Positions 11,265 through 24,700 of a stretch of DNA of 64,000 nucleotides are shown in pieces. This DNA is from Eledone cirrhosa (taxonomy: Eukaryota), in assembly GCA_964016885.1 (NCBI GenBank), contig OZ024742.1, forward strand, positions 368,280,001 through 368,344,000, read 5' to 3'. The position numbers and the translations under genes are program-made. Below the pieces are notes generated by a model. The model was given only the letters and a program-made list of their open reading frames with translations. It ran no database searches and was not told the origin of the DNA. Within the stretch, counting starts at the first letter, position 1; each line of letters opens with the position of its first letter.

Positions 11265-11341
11265 CTCCCGACTAATATCGAACTTCAGTCCAGGATCACC
11301 ACCGTCTATGATTCCTCCCACTAGGTCACCGAGACAGCTAC
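11265..11341 (-). other. Convergent tRNA-like unit; copy at about 15317-15394
   Basis: The minus strand reads GTAGCTGTCTCGGTGACCTAGTGG...GGTGGTGATCCTGG...AGTTCGATA, a diverged inverted copy of 11123-11196. Confidence 0.5.
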
Positions 11342-11662
11342 TAAAGTATAATTAAATTTAATAATTATAAACCTACTTTCAAAATCAAAGTTAAAAAGAT
11401 GTGGTGTCGTTCATGGCTTTCCTAGAGCTATGACTAATATTCAGTGTCAACTTCTGGTCATTATTGAAAGTCTCTGGATTTTGCAAAATACATAATATTT
11501 TTTATTGAAGGTAAGATATTTTTCCGGAAAAATTTGATTGAACTGTTCACACTTATGAATGTTTTGAAAATGCTATTTATTCATTATAAAAATTAAATGA
11601 TAGCATTGTATATGTAGGTGGGCCCCCTTCATCTGGCAACCAATATTTTTAGACCTAGTCCG

Positions 11663-11698
<36 letters not shown>

Positions 11699-11966
11699 GG
11701 ATTTCAACAGCAATTCCGGGAGTCCAGGTCTGGTTGTCATTTATTTTTTATCATTTATTTTGTTTTGACCTGTTTAGCTTGATTTGGTTTTGAGATTGGG
11801 TGGTTAATGCCTTCTTGACCACCTTTTCAGTTTTGTATGACTTCTTAACACATTGTTTAGCTCTGGTTTTTAACTATTGAGCACTTTGCCAGTATCATTT
11901 CTGATTTTTGCGTTTCGCTTCGCTTTTCCTGCCCGCCGAAAATGCGATTCTCGCTGAATCTTTATT

Positions 11967-12045
<79 letters not shown>

Positions 12046-12158
12046 CGAAGGAAATGTGGTAAGGAACCAGGTGGACCATAACGCACCAAAGTACTGAATA
12101 CTTGAGGTAGTAGAGTGGGTAATAGGAACCAGTAAGACCCCGACAGCTGAGCTCAAGC

Positions 12159-13559
12159 TACTATGCTTCAATCACCTTACCGCTACTTACTGCCGCATTG
12201 GACTTCGCCGAAACACTTGTGCCCATCACCGACCAGGAAAGAAAAATCATCCACGCCAGGAAGACAGTCTTACTCTTTGACGACTCTAAATGGATAAAAA
12301 GAGCTCCCGACTCACCCTTCGACGTCAGCATGGGCGCCACGGATTCGGCGGAGGTCACAGATCTTATAGGATTATTCCTAATAGCCAAACTCACTGATAT
12401 GTTTCCTGCATTCGGTGGTGGATTGTACCGTGATGATGGGCTCCTTACCGTTAAAGGGTACAACCCCAGTAGTACAGATCGGGTCCGGAAACAATTAATC
12501 AGATTCTTCCGCGACTGGGGATTTAAAATAACCCTACAAACGTCCCTGACCCGAGTAAACTTCCTGGACGTTACCCTTGACCTCGATAATGATCTGTACT
12601 ACCCATACAGGAAACCTAACGACAACCTGCACTACATCCACCGCCGGTCTAACCATCCTAGGAACATCACCAATAACCTGGTCAAAAACATCTCCCTCCG
12701 CATATCCCGTTTGTCAGCTAATGAGCGGATATTCGATGAACATGCGCCTTATTACAACCAGGCCCTCAAGCGGAGTGGTTTCCGGGAGGAAATATCCTAC
12801 TGTCCAGCTCCCATTAGCGGAACCAGCAGGAGACACCGCCGCTCACGCAATGTAACATGGTTCAATCCTCCCCACAACGCAGAGGTGACAACTCCCATCG
12901 GGAAACTATTCTTTAGGCTCATTGAAAAACACTTCCCATTACAACACCGCTACCACAACATAATTAACAAAAATACCATCAAACTCTCTTACAGCACTAC
13001 ACCAAACTTCGCACAAAACATCGTCTCCTCTAACAACAAAAAACTCAACCCCGATGGCAGAAATAACCTAAATAGCAGTGGAGAACCGACCAGGAGGTGT
13101 AACTGCCCGGATAGATCTATTTGCCCACTCGACAATAGATGCAGAGACCGTAATGTGATCTACCAGTGCAACGTGAGGACGGATACCTCCAACAAAGCCT
13201 ATATAGGACTTACCGCATGTGACTTCAAGACCCGGCTATACCAACATAGACATACCTTCCGAAACCCGGCCCGGCGTCACGCCACTACACTTTCGGGCCA
13301 CATATGGGACCTCAAGGACAACAACATCACCTATGATCTCACTTGGAGATTACTGTCCAGAGCCAATTCTTACACGGGAGGACGCCGTCCGTGCAATTTA
13401 TGCTCGGAGGAAACTTTACAAATGCTGTTTTCGACGGACCAACTCCTAAACAAGAAAGATGAACTGGTTACTGCATGTAAACATAGATTGCGTAGGACTT
13501 ACCTCGCCCTCAAACCCCATAATGACCCGGGGGGGGGGGGGGGTAGACTAGGGCTATAA
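12159..13559 (+). CDS. PLE reverse transcriptase (from motif A) + CxCx5Cx5C linker + GIY-YIG endonuclease; N-terminally truncated
   Basis: YYASIT (in frame upstream of the track ORF), MGATDSAEVTDL, GLYRDDGL, NFLDVTL, WFNPP, CNCPDRSICPLDNRC, VIY..AYIG, FKTRLYQH, CNLC..E, CKH. Confidence 0.9.
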   Translation, partial: YYASITLPLLTAALDFAETLVPITDQERKIIHARKTVLLFDDSKWIKRAPDSPFDVSMGATDSAEVTDLIGLFLIAKLTDMFPAFGGGLYRDDGLLTVKGYNPSSTDRVRKQLIRFFRDWGFKITLQTSLTRVNFLDVTLDLDNDLYYPYRKPNDNLHYIHRRSNHPRNITNNLVKNISLRISRLSANERIFDEHAPYYNQALKRSGFREEISYCPAPISGTSRRHRRSRNVTWFNPPHNAEVTTPIGKLFFRLIEKHFPLQHRYHNIINKNTIKLSYSTTPNFAQNIVSSNNKKLNPDGRNNLNSSGEPTRRCNCPDRSICPLDNRCRDRNVIYQCNVRTDTSNKAYIGLTACDFKTRLYQHRHTFRNPARRHATTLSGHIWDLKDNNITYDLTWRLLSRANSYTGGRRPCNLCSEETLQMLFSTDQLLNKKDELVTACKHRLRRTYLALKPHNDPGGGGGRLGL

Positions 13560-14633
13560 CACCCCACTTGCCTATTTTGCAATGGGTAACCCCTGCTTGC
13601 CAAGGGAGACGTAAGATCTTCTTTGTATTCTTTTATCGCTTCCTTTATTTCCTTCCCCCCTCTCTCCTTAGTCCTTCTACCCCAGATCTTCTCCTTTGTC
13701 GGCGTCTTTTCTCGCCCACCCGAGGCTGCCCTTTGGCCCCTTGTAGCCTTAGTACCCCCACCCCCTCCCCTAGTCTATGATAGATTTGGCGGACTCCGCC
13801 CTTTATAGCAGTTGGTTTAGACCCCGGATACTTGTCCCCTTTTTCCGACCGCTCCCACTATTCTCTGTGCCCTCTATATTTCTTAGTGGCACTTATGCCT
13901 TATTTTTTCGTTTCAGTATTTCTTTCTTCGCTTTTCTTTTGGGAGGGGTGGATTCTGAATTTATTTTTCCGTATTCTACCTTTACTTCGTACGAACTTTC
14001 ATGTAGCTTGTTTTAGATCTTTTAGAGTTAGCATTAGTATATATTTTTCTCGGGACTCAGAATTATTATCTCGTACAAGTTCACTTTGCTGCACTGGGTG
14101 GTTGCTGGCATTGTGCCCGGGGTGGAAACCTTTATTGTTTATTTCGTGGTAGTTTCTTTAGTATTTTGGCCCCTTTTGTTGACCCGTCACCGTATCATTT
14201 ACGTAATTATACCTCTTAAAAGGGTCCTTGCCTATTCCGTCCCACCTAGTTCTTTTACTTATTTCGTTATTTCTTTATTTCTTTCTTTACTTCTTTCTTT
14301 ATTTATTTATTCATTCTAGCCTAACAATAGCTAGAGACCTAGGTCGTAGAATTTAATTTACTTTACTTTTTTCTTTACACTTATTTGCTTTTCTTCACTC
14401 TCAGTATTTTTTCTTTCCTATATATTTCTATCCCCCATTGTTCTACCTACCGTTCCGACTTCCTCACCCTCCCCCTCCCCTGTATCTTCTTTGACCTCAT
14501 GCCCAGCTGTAGCTGGCACTACCAACGCTTGATTGGGTCTACTCCACCCCCTCCCCTCCTTCTCCTACTGGCAGGTTTAGCCACCATCTCCCCTACTAAT
14601 TTGCAACCACAGAATTACTACTGATTTTTGACA

Positions 14634-14728
14634 ATCACTTTGAGAAGATCGGCTATTTAAATACCAGGATAAATTTTCATTTAGTCCAGAATTAGCCGTC
14701 GAAACGGCTTGAGCTCAGCTGTCGGGGT
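14634..14728 (+). ncRNA. Type I hammerhead in the PLE2 pLTR, U3:A8 variant
   Basis: TTGAGAA (14640-14646)-GATCGGCTA...TAGCCGTC-GAAA-CGGCTTGAGCTCAGCTG-TC-GGGGT. Stems II and III are good; stem I is weak (ATCACT/GGGGT). Confidence 0.65.
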
Positions 14729-14740
14729 CTTACTGGTTCC

Positions 14741-14770
<30 letters not shown>

Positions 14771-14772
<2 letters not shown>

Positions 14773-14892
14773 ATGCCAATCATTGTAAGTTTGAATCTTA
14801 CATGCAAAAATATATATAGAAATAAGGTAAGCCTAAATCATAGTAGATTCAAATATCACAGAGAGAAAGAGAGAGTGAAAGAGAGAGCGAGC

Positions 14893-14955
<63 letters not shown>

Positions 14956-15520
14956 GTGAAATGTGGTTCAACAGCAATTAAACATGGATTACAGGTTAAA
15001 ATATAGTCTAGATAGATGTGAAAGAAAACGAGGATGTAGTTTATGGAACACCCAACTGATTTAGAAGTCGACCTTAAGTAGGAGCAATAACATTTAAGAA
15101 AGACATGAACGAAACAACACTTTGTTTTGAAAATTTTGAAAGTAGGTTTATAAGTATGAATTTACGTAAGATGTTCGTAGTTGTGTCTGTGGCCTAGCGG
15201 TAGGTACTAGGTACGGTGGAGATCCTGGCCTTGGGTTCAATCCTGGTACATGTAATCCTTTTCAGTTTTTATTTTACAACCCATAGAAAAAACTGAAAAG
15301 GTTTACCGGGAATACTACTCCCGACCAGTATCGAACTTCAGACCAGGATCTTCACCGTCTATGATTCTCCCAAATTGGCCACAGAGACAGCTACAAAAGT
15401 ATAATGAAAATTGATAACTATAAACCTACTTATTTATTCATTATAAAAATCAAATGATAGCATTCTATATGTAGGTGTGTCCCCTTCATCTGGCAACCAA
15501 TATTTTTAGACCTAGTCCGC

Positions 15521-15525
<5 letters not shown>
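14771..15525 (+). repeat. Duplicated block, copy 2
   Basis: Homologous to 10815-11668. Confidence 0.9.
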
Positions 15526-15555
<30 letters not shown>

Positions 15556-15557
<2 letters not shown>

Positions 15558-15737
15558 CTGAGTTTTTCGAATATTAATAATTACATTCGATTCCTTTGAC
15601 ATTGTGCAGACAAGCCTCATTTTTAAAGCCATGTTAGTAGAATGAACCCTTCAATCTTGCTCTTGTGTTGGCATGTAAACTGCAGACACTAATATTTCTG
15701 GGTATCACCTTTCATCAGTACAGCTCACTGTTCACCT
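15556..15737 (+). repeat. Direct repeat flanking the 33-bp satellite (partner at 27965-28325)
   Basis: Both share TTCGAATATTAATAAT..ACATTCGATTC..TCTTGCTCTTGTGTTGGCATGTAAAC..CATCAGTACAGCTCACTGTTCACC. Confidence 0.9.
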
Positions 15738-15789
15738 GCCAAACTGTCAGAGCTAGTGAAAATATATGCTATTGTCAAAAATACACAGT

Positions 15790-18700
15790 GACTGATCGGC
15801 CTGATCTAGATATTAGCAAACTGGCTGATCAGTCAGATCTGCATATTAGCAGATCCACTGATCAGTCAGATCTGCATATTAGCAGATCCACTGATCAGTC
15901 AGATCAGCATATTAGCAGATCCACTGATCAGTCAGATCAGCATATTAGCAGATCCACTGATCAGCCAGATCAGCATATTAGCAGATCCACTTATCAGTCA
16001 GATCAGCATATTAGCAGATCCACTGATCAGTCAGATCAGCATATTAGCAGATCCACTGATCAGTCAGATCAGCATATTAGCAGATCCACTGATCAGTCAG
16101 ATCTGCATATCAGCAGATCCACTGATCAGCCAGATCAGCATATTAGCAGATCCACTGATCAGTCAGATCAGGATATTAGCAGATCCACTGATCAGTCAGA
16201 TCTGCATATTAGCAGATCCACTGATCAGCCAGATTTACATATCAGCAGATCCACTGATCAGTCAGATCAGCATATTAGCAGATCCACTGATCAGTCAGAT
16301 CAGCATATTAGCAGATCCTCTGATCAGTTAGATCAGCATATTAGCAGATCCACTGATCAGTCAGATCAGCATATTAGCAGATCCACTGATCAGCCAGATC
16401 AGCATATTAGCAGATCCACTAATCAGCCAGATCAGCATATTAGCAGATCCACTGATCAGCCAGATCAGCATATTAGCAGATCCACTGATCAGTCAGATCT
16501 GCATATTAGCAGATCCAGTGATCAGCCAGATCTGCATGTTAGCAGATCCACTGATCAGTCAGATCTGCATATCAGCAGATCCACTGATCAGTCAGATCAG
16601 CATATTAGTAGATCCACTTATCAGTCAAATCTGCATATTAGCAGATCCACTGATCAGCCAGATTTACATATCAGCAGATCCACTGATCAATCAGATCTGC
16701 ATATTAGCAGATCCACTGATCAGTCAGATCAGCATATTAGCAGATCCACTGATCAGTCAGATCAGCATATTAGCAGATCCACTGATCAGCCAGATCAGCA
16801 TATTAGCAGATCCACTGATCAGTCAGATCAGCATATTAGCAGATCCACTGATCAGCTAGATCAGCATATTAGCAGATCCACTGATCAGCCAGATCAGCAT
16901 ATTAGCAGATGCGCTGATCAGCCAGATCAGCATATTAGCCGATCCACTGATCAGCCAGATCAGCATATTAGCAGATCCACTGATCAGTCAGATCAGCATA
17001 TTAGCATATCCACTGATCAACCAGATCAGCATATTAGCAGATCCACTGATCAGTCAGATCAGCATATTAGCAGATCCACTGATCAGTCAGATCAGCATAT
17101 TAGCAGATCCACTGATCAGTCAGATCAGCATATTAGCAGATCCACTGATCAGTCAGATTTACATATTAGCAGATCCACTGATCAGTCGGATCAGCATATT
17201 AGCAGATCCACTGATCAGCCAGATCAGCATATTAGCAGATCCACTGATCAGTCAGATCAGCATATTAGCAGATCCACCGATCAGTCAGATCAGCATATTA
17301 GCAGATCCTCTGATCAGTCAGATTTGCATATTAGCAGATCCACTGATCAGCCAGATCAGCATATTAGCAGATCCACTGATCAGTCACATCAGCATATTAC
17401 CAGATCCACTGATCAGTCAGATCAGCATATTAGCAGATCCACTGATCAGTCAGATTTACATATTAGCAGATCTACTGATCAGTCAGATAAGCATATTAGC
17501 AGATCCACTGATCAGTGAGATCAGCATATTAGCAGATCCACTGATCAGCCAGATTTACATATTAGCAGATCCACTGATCAGTCAGATCAGCATATTAGCA
17601 GATCCACTGATCAGTCAGATCAGCATATTAGCAGATCCTCTGATCAGCCAGATGTACATATCAGCAGATCCACTGATCAGTCACATCTGCATATTAGCAG
17701 ATCCACTGATCAGTTTGATCAGCATATTAGCAGATCCAATGATCAGTCACATCAGCATATTAGCAGATCCACTGATCAGCCAGATGTACATATCAGCAGA
17801 TCCACTGATCAGTCAGATCTGCATATTAGCAGATCCATTGATCAGTCAGATCAGCATATTAGCAGATCCACTGATCAGTCAGATCTGCATATTAGCAGAT
17901 CCACTGATCAGCCAGATTTACATATCAGCAGATCCACTGATCAGCCAGATAAGCATATTAGCAGATCCTCTGATCAGTTAGATCTGCATATTGGCAGATC
18001 CACTGATCAGTCAGATCAGCATATTAGCAGATCCACTGATCAGCCAGATGTACATATCAGCAGATCCACTGATCAGTCAGATCTGCATATTAGCAGATCC
18101 ACTGATCAGTCACATCAGCATATTAGCAGATCCACTGATCAGCCAGATGTACATATCAGCAGATCCATTGATCAGTCAGATCTGCATATTAGCAGATCCA
18201 CTGATCAGTCAGATCAGCATATTAGCAGATGCACTGATCAGTCAGATCTGCATATTAGCAGATCCACTGATCAGCCAGGTTTACATATCAGCAGATCCAC
18301 TGATCAGCCAGATAAGCATATTAGCAGATCCACTGATCAGTCAGATCTGCATATTAGCAGATCCACTGATCAGTCAGATCAGCATATTAGCAGATCCACT
18401 GATCAGCCAGATTTACATATCAGCAGATCCACTGATCAGTCAGATAAGCAGATTTACATATCAGCAGATCCACTGATCAGTCAGATCAGCATATTAGCAG
18501 ATCCACTGATCAGTCAGATCAGCATATTAGCAGATCCACTGATCAGCCAGATGTACATATCAGCAGATCCACTGATCAGTCAGATCTGCATATTAGCAGA
18601 TCCACTGATCAGTCTGATCAGCATATTAGCAGATCCACTGATCAGTCAGATCAGCATATTAGCAGATCCACTGATCAGCCAGATGTACATATCAGCAGAT

Positions 18701-21700
18701 CCACTGATCAGTCAGATCTGCATATTAGCAGATCCACTGATCAGTCAGATCAGCATATTAGAAGATCCACTGATCAGCCAGATGTACATATCAGCAGATC
18801 CACTCATCAGTCAGATCTGCATATTAGCAGATCCACTGATCAGTCAGATCAGCATATTAGCAGATCCACTGATCAGTCAGATCTGCATATTAGCAGATCC
18901 ACTGATCAGCCAGATTTACATATCAGCAGATCCACTGATCAGCCAAATAAGCATATTAGCAGATCCTCTGATCAGTCAGATCTGCATATTAGCAGATCCA
19001 CTGATCAGTCAGATCAGCATATTAGCAGATCCACTGATCAGCCAGATTTACATATCAGCAGATCCACTGATCAGTCAGATAAGCATATTAGCAGATCCAC
19101 TGATCAGCCAGATCTGCATATTAGCAGATCCACTGATCAGCCAGATTTACATATCAGCAGATCCACTGATCAGCCAGATCAGCATATTAGCAGATCCACT
19201 GATCAGTCAGATCTGCATATTAGCAGATCCACTGATCAGCCAGATCTGCATATTAGCAGATCCACAAATCAGTCAGATCTGCATATTAGCAGATCCACTG
19301 ATCAGCCAGATCAGCATATTAGCAGATCCACTGATCAGTCAGATCTGCATATCAGCATATCCACTGATCAGCCAGATTTACATATCAGCAGATCCACTGA
19401 TCAGTCAGATCTGCATATCAGCATATCCACTGATCAGCCAGATTTACATATCAGCAGATCCACTGATCAGCCAGATTTACATATCAGCAGATCCACTGAT
19501 CAGCCAGATTTACATATCAGCAGATCCACTGATCAGTCAGATCAGCATATTAGCAGATCCACTGATCAGTCAGATCTGCATATTAGCATATCCACTGATC
19601 AGCCAGATTTACATATCAGCAGATCCACTGATCAGCCAGATTTACATATCAGCAGATCCACTGATCAGCCAGATATACATATCAGCAGATCCACTGATCA
19701 GCCAGATTTACATATCAGCAGATCCACTGATCAGCCAGATCAGCATATCAGCAGATCCACTGATCAGTCAGATCTGCATATTAGCAGATCAACTGATCAG
19801 TCAGATCTGCATATTAGCAGATCCACTGATCAGCCAGATTTACATATCAGCAGATCCACTGATCAGTCAGATCTGCATATTAGCAGATCCACTGATCAGC
19901 CAGATTTACATATCAGCAGATCCACTGATCAGTCAGATCAGCATATTAGCAGATCCACTGATCAGTCAGATCAGCATATTAGCAGATCCTCTGATCAGTC
20001 AGATCAGCATATTAGCAGATCCACTGATCAATCAGATCAGCATATTGCAGATCCACTGATCAGCCAGATCAGCATATTAGCAGATCCACTAATCAGCCAG
20101 ATCAGCATATTAGCAGATCCACTGATCAGCCAGATCAGCATATTAGCAGATCCACTGATCAGTCAGATCTGCATATTAGCAGATCCAGTGATCAGCCAGA
20201 TCTGCATGTTAGCAGATCCACTGATCAGTCAGATCTGCATATCAGCAGATCCACTGATCAGTCAGATCAGCATATTAGTAGATCCACTGATCAGTCAAAT
20301 CTGCATATTAGCAGATCCACTGATCAGCCAGATTTACATATCAGCAGATCCACTGATCAATCAAATCTGCATATTAGCAGATCCACTGATCAGTCAGATC
20401 AGCATATTAGCAGATCCACTGATCAGCCAGATCAGCATATTAGCAGATCCACTGATCAGTCAGATCAGCATATTAGCAGATCCACTGATTAGCTAGATCA
20501 GCATATTAGCAGATCCTCTGATCAGTCAGATTTGCATATTAGCAGATGCACTGATCAGCCAGATAAGCATATTAGCAGATCCACTGATCAGCCAGATCAG
20601 CATATTAGCAGATCCACTGATCAGTCAGATCAGCATATTAGCAGATCCACTGATCAACCAGATCAGCATATTAGCAGATCCACTGATCAGTCAGATCAGC
20701 ATATTAGCAGATCCACTGATCTGTCAGATCAGCATATTAGCAGATCCACTGATCACTCAGATCAGCATATTAGCAGATCCACTGATCAGCCAGATTTACA
20801 TATTAGCAGATCCACTGATCAGTCGGATCAGCATATTAGCAGATCCACTGATCAGTCAGATCAGCATATTAGCAGATCCACCGATCAGACAGATCAGCAT
20901 ATTAGCAGATCCACTGATCAGTCAGATCAGCATATTAGCAGATCCTCTGATCAGTCAGATTTGCATATTAGCAGATCCACTGATCAGCCAGATCAGCATA
21001 TTAGCAGATCCACTGATCAGTCAGATCAGCATATTAGCAGATCCACTGATCAGTCAGATCAGCATATTAGCAGATCCACTGATCAGTCAGATTTACATAT
21101 TAGCAGATCTACTGATCAGTCAGATCAGCATATTAGCAGATCCACTGATCAGTCAGATCAGCATATTAGCAGATCCACTGATCAGTCAGATCAGCATATT
21201 AGCAGATCCACTGATCAGCCAGATGTACATATCAGCAGATCCACTGATCAGTCAGATCTGCATATTAGCAGATCCACTGATCAGTCTGATCAGCATATTA
21301 GCAGATCCACTGATCAGTCAGATCAGCATATTAGCAGATCCACTGATCAGCCAGATGTACATATCAGCAGATCCACTGATCAGTCAGATCTGCATATTAG
21401 CAGATCCACTGATCAGTCACATCAGCATATTAGCAGATCCACTGATCAGCCAGATGTACATATCAGCAGATCCACTGATCAGTCAGATCTGCATATTAGC
21501 AGATCCACTGATCAGCCAGATTTACATATCAGCAGATCCCCTGATCAGTCAGATCAGCATATTAGCAGATCCACTGATCAGTCAGATCAGCATATTAGCA
21601 GATCCTCTGATCAGTCAGATCAGCATATTAGCAGATCCACTGATCAATCAGATCAGCATATTGCAGATCCACTGATCAGTCAGATCAGCATATTAGCAGA

Positions 21701-24700
21701 TCCACTAATCAGCCAGATCAGCATATTAGCAGATCCACTGATCAGCCAGATCAGCATATTAGCAGATCCACTGATCAGTCAGATCTGTATATTAGCAGAT
21801 CCAGTGATCAGCCAGATCTGCATGTTAGCAGATCCACTGATCAGTCAGATCTGCATATCAGCAGATCCACTGATCAGTCAGATCAGCATATTAGTAGATC
21901 CACTGATCAGTCAAATCTGTATATTAGCAGATCCACTGATCAGCCAGATTTACATATCAGCAGATCCACTGATCAATCAGATCTGCATATTAGCAGATCC
22001 ACTGATCAGTCAGATCAGCATATTAGCAGATCCACTGATCAGTCAGATCAGCATATTAGCAGATCCACTGATCAGCCAGATCAGCATATTAGCAGATCCA
22101 CTGATCAGTCAGATCAGCATATTAGCAGATCCACTGATCAGCTAGATCAGCATATTAGCAGATCCACTGATCAGCCAGATCAGCATATTAGCAGATGCAC
22201 TGATCAGCCAGATCAGCATATTAGCAGATCCACTGATCAGCCAGATCAGCATATTAGCAGATCCACTGATCAGTCAGATCAGCATATTAGCAGATCCACT
22301 GATCAGCCAGATGTACATATCAGCAGATCCACTGATCAGTCAGATCTGCATATTAGCAGATCCACTGATCAGTCTGATCAGCATATTAGCAGATCCACTG
22401 ATCAGTCAGATCAGCATATTAGCAGATCCACTGATCAGCCAGATGTACATATCAGCAGATCCACTGATCAGTCAGATCTGCATATTAGCAGATCCACTGA
22501 TCAGTCACATCAGCATATTAGCAGATCCACTGATCAGCCAGATGTACATATCAGCAGATCCACTGATCAGTCAGATCTGCATATTAGCAGATCCACTGAT
22601 CAGCCAGATTTACATATCAGCAGATCCCCTGATCAGTCAGATCAGCATATTAGCAGATCCACTGATCAGTCAGATCAGCATATTAGCAGATCCTCTGATC
22701 AGTCAGATCAGCATATTAGCAGATCCACTGATCAATCAGATCAGCATATTGCAGATCCACTGATCAGTCAGATCAGCATATTAGCAGATCCACTAATCAG
22801 CCAGATCAGCATATTAGCAGATCCACTGATCAGCCAGATCAGCATATTAGCAGATCCACTGATCAGTCAGATCTGTATATTAGCAGATCCAGTGATCAGC
22901 CAGATCTGCATGTTAGCAGATCCACTGATCAGTCAGATCTGCATATCAGCAGATCCACTGATCAGTCAGATCAGCATATTAGTAGATCCACTGATCAGTC
23001 AAATCTGTATATTAGCAGATCCACTGATCAGCCAGATTTACATATCAGCAGATCCACTGATCAATCAGATCTGCATATTAGCAGATCCACTGATCAGTCA
23101 GATCAGCATATTAGCAGATCCACTGATCAGTCAGATCAGCATATTAGCAGATCCACTGATCAGCCAGATCAGCATATTAGCAGATCCACTGATCAGTCAG
23201 ATCAGCATATTAGCAGATCCACTGATCAGCTAGATCAGCATATTAGCAGATCCACTGATCAGCCAGATCAGCATATTAGCAGATGCACTGATCAGCCAGA
23301 TCAGCATATTAGCAGATCCACTGATCAGCCAGATCAGCATATTAGCAGATCCACTGATCAGTCAGATCAGCATATTAGCAGATCCACTGATCAACCAGAT
23401 CAGCATATTAGCAGATCCACTGATCAGTCAGATCAGCATATTAGCAGATCCACTGATCTGTCAGATCAGCATATTAGCAGATCCACTGATCAGTCAGATC
23501 AGCATATTAGCAGATCCACTGATCAGCCAGATTTACATATTAGCAGATCCACTGATCAGTCGGATCAGCATATTAGCAGATCCACTGATCAGCCAGATAA
23601 GCATATTAGCAGATCCACTGATCAGTCAGATCTGCATATTAGCAGATCCACTGATCAGTCATGTCAGCATATTAGCAGATCCACTGATCAGCCAGATTTA
23701 CATATCAGCAGATCCACTGATCAGTCAGATAAGCATATTAGCAGATCCACTGATCAGCCAGATCTGCATATTAGCAGATCCACTGATCAGCCAGATTTAC
23801 ATATCAGCAGATCCACTGATCAGCCAGATCAGCATATTAGCAGATCCACTGATCAGTCAGATCTACATATTAGCAGATCCACTGATCAGCCAGATCTGCA
23901 TATTAGCAGATCCACTGATCAGCCAGATTTACATATCAGCAGATCCACTGATCAGTCAGATCAGCATATTAGTAGATCCACTGATCAGTCAGATCTGCAT
24001 ATCAGCATATCCACTGATCAGCCAGATTTACATATCAGCAGATCCACTGATCAGTCAGATCTACATATTAGCAGATCCACTGATCAGCCAGATCTGCATA
24101 TTAGCAGATCCACTGATCAGCCAGATCAGCATATCAGCAGATCCACTGATCAGTCAGATCTGCATATTAGCAGATCCACTGATCAGTCAGATCTGCATAT
24201 TAGCAGATCCACTGATCAGCCAGATTTACATATCAGCAGATCCACTGATCAGTCAGATCTGCATATTAGCAGATCCACTGATCAGCCAGATTTACATATC
24301 AGCAGATCCACTGATCAGTCAGATCAGCATATTAGCAGATCCACTGATCAGTCAGATCAGCATATTAGCAGATCCTCTGATCAGTCAGATCAGCATATTA
24401 GCAGATCCACTGATCAATCAGATCAGCATATTGCAGATCCACTGATCAGTCAGATCAGCATATTAGCAGATCCACTAATCAGCCAGATCAGCATATTAGC
24501 AGATCCACTGATCAGCCAGATCAGCATATTAGCAGATCCACTGATCAGTCAGATCTGTATATTAGCAGATCCAGTGATCAGCCAGATCTGCATGTTAGCA
24601 GATCCACTGATCAGTCAGATCTGCATATCAGCAGATCCACTGATCAGTCAGATCAGCATATTAGTAGATCCACTGATCAGTCAAATCTGTATATTAGCAG

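Larger units (their letters stand above)
10815..11668 (+). repeat. Duplicated block, copy 1 (includes (GA)n, the tRNA-like palindrome and a TIR-like end)
   Basis: Colinear and diverged relative to 14771-15525, which lacks about 190 bp of the right palindrome arm. Confidence 0.9.
12043..14742 (+). mobile_element. Penelope-like retroelement 2 (Naiad-like), 5'-truncated with inverted pLTR
   Basis: 12123-12158 is the reverse complement of 14707-14742. Uninterrupted ORF, about 1.1 kb 3' region, (TA)n on both sides. Confidence 0.93.

Noticed and set aside
11123-11341. Functional tRNA genes
   Set aside because: Acceptor and anticodon stems do not pair; kept only as tRNA-like units.
12159-14640. 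Selenocysteine recoding or SECIS, as reported for some Naiad elements
   Set aside because: There is no in-frame TGA in the visible ORF and I recognise no SECIS; the missing N-terminus cannot be assessed.
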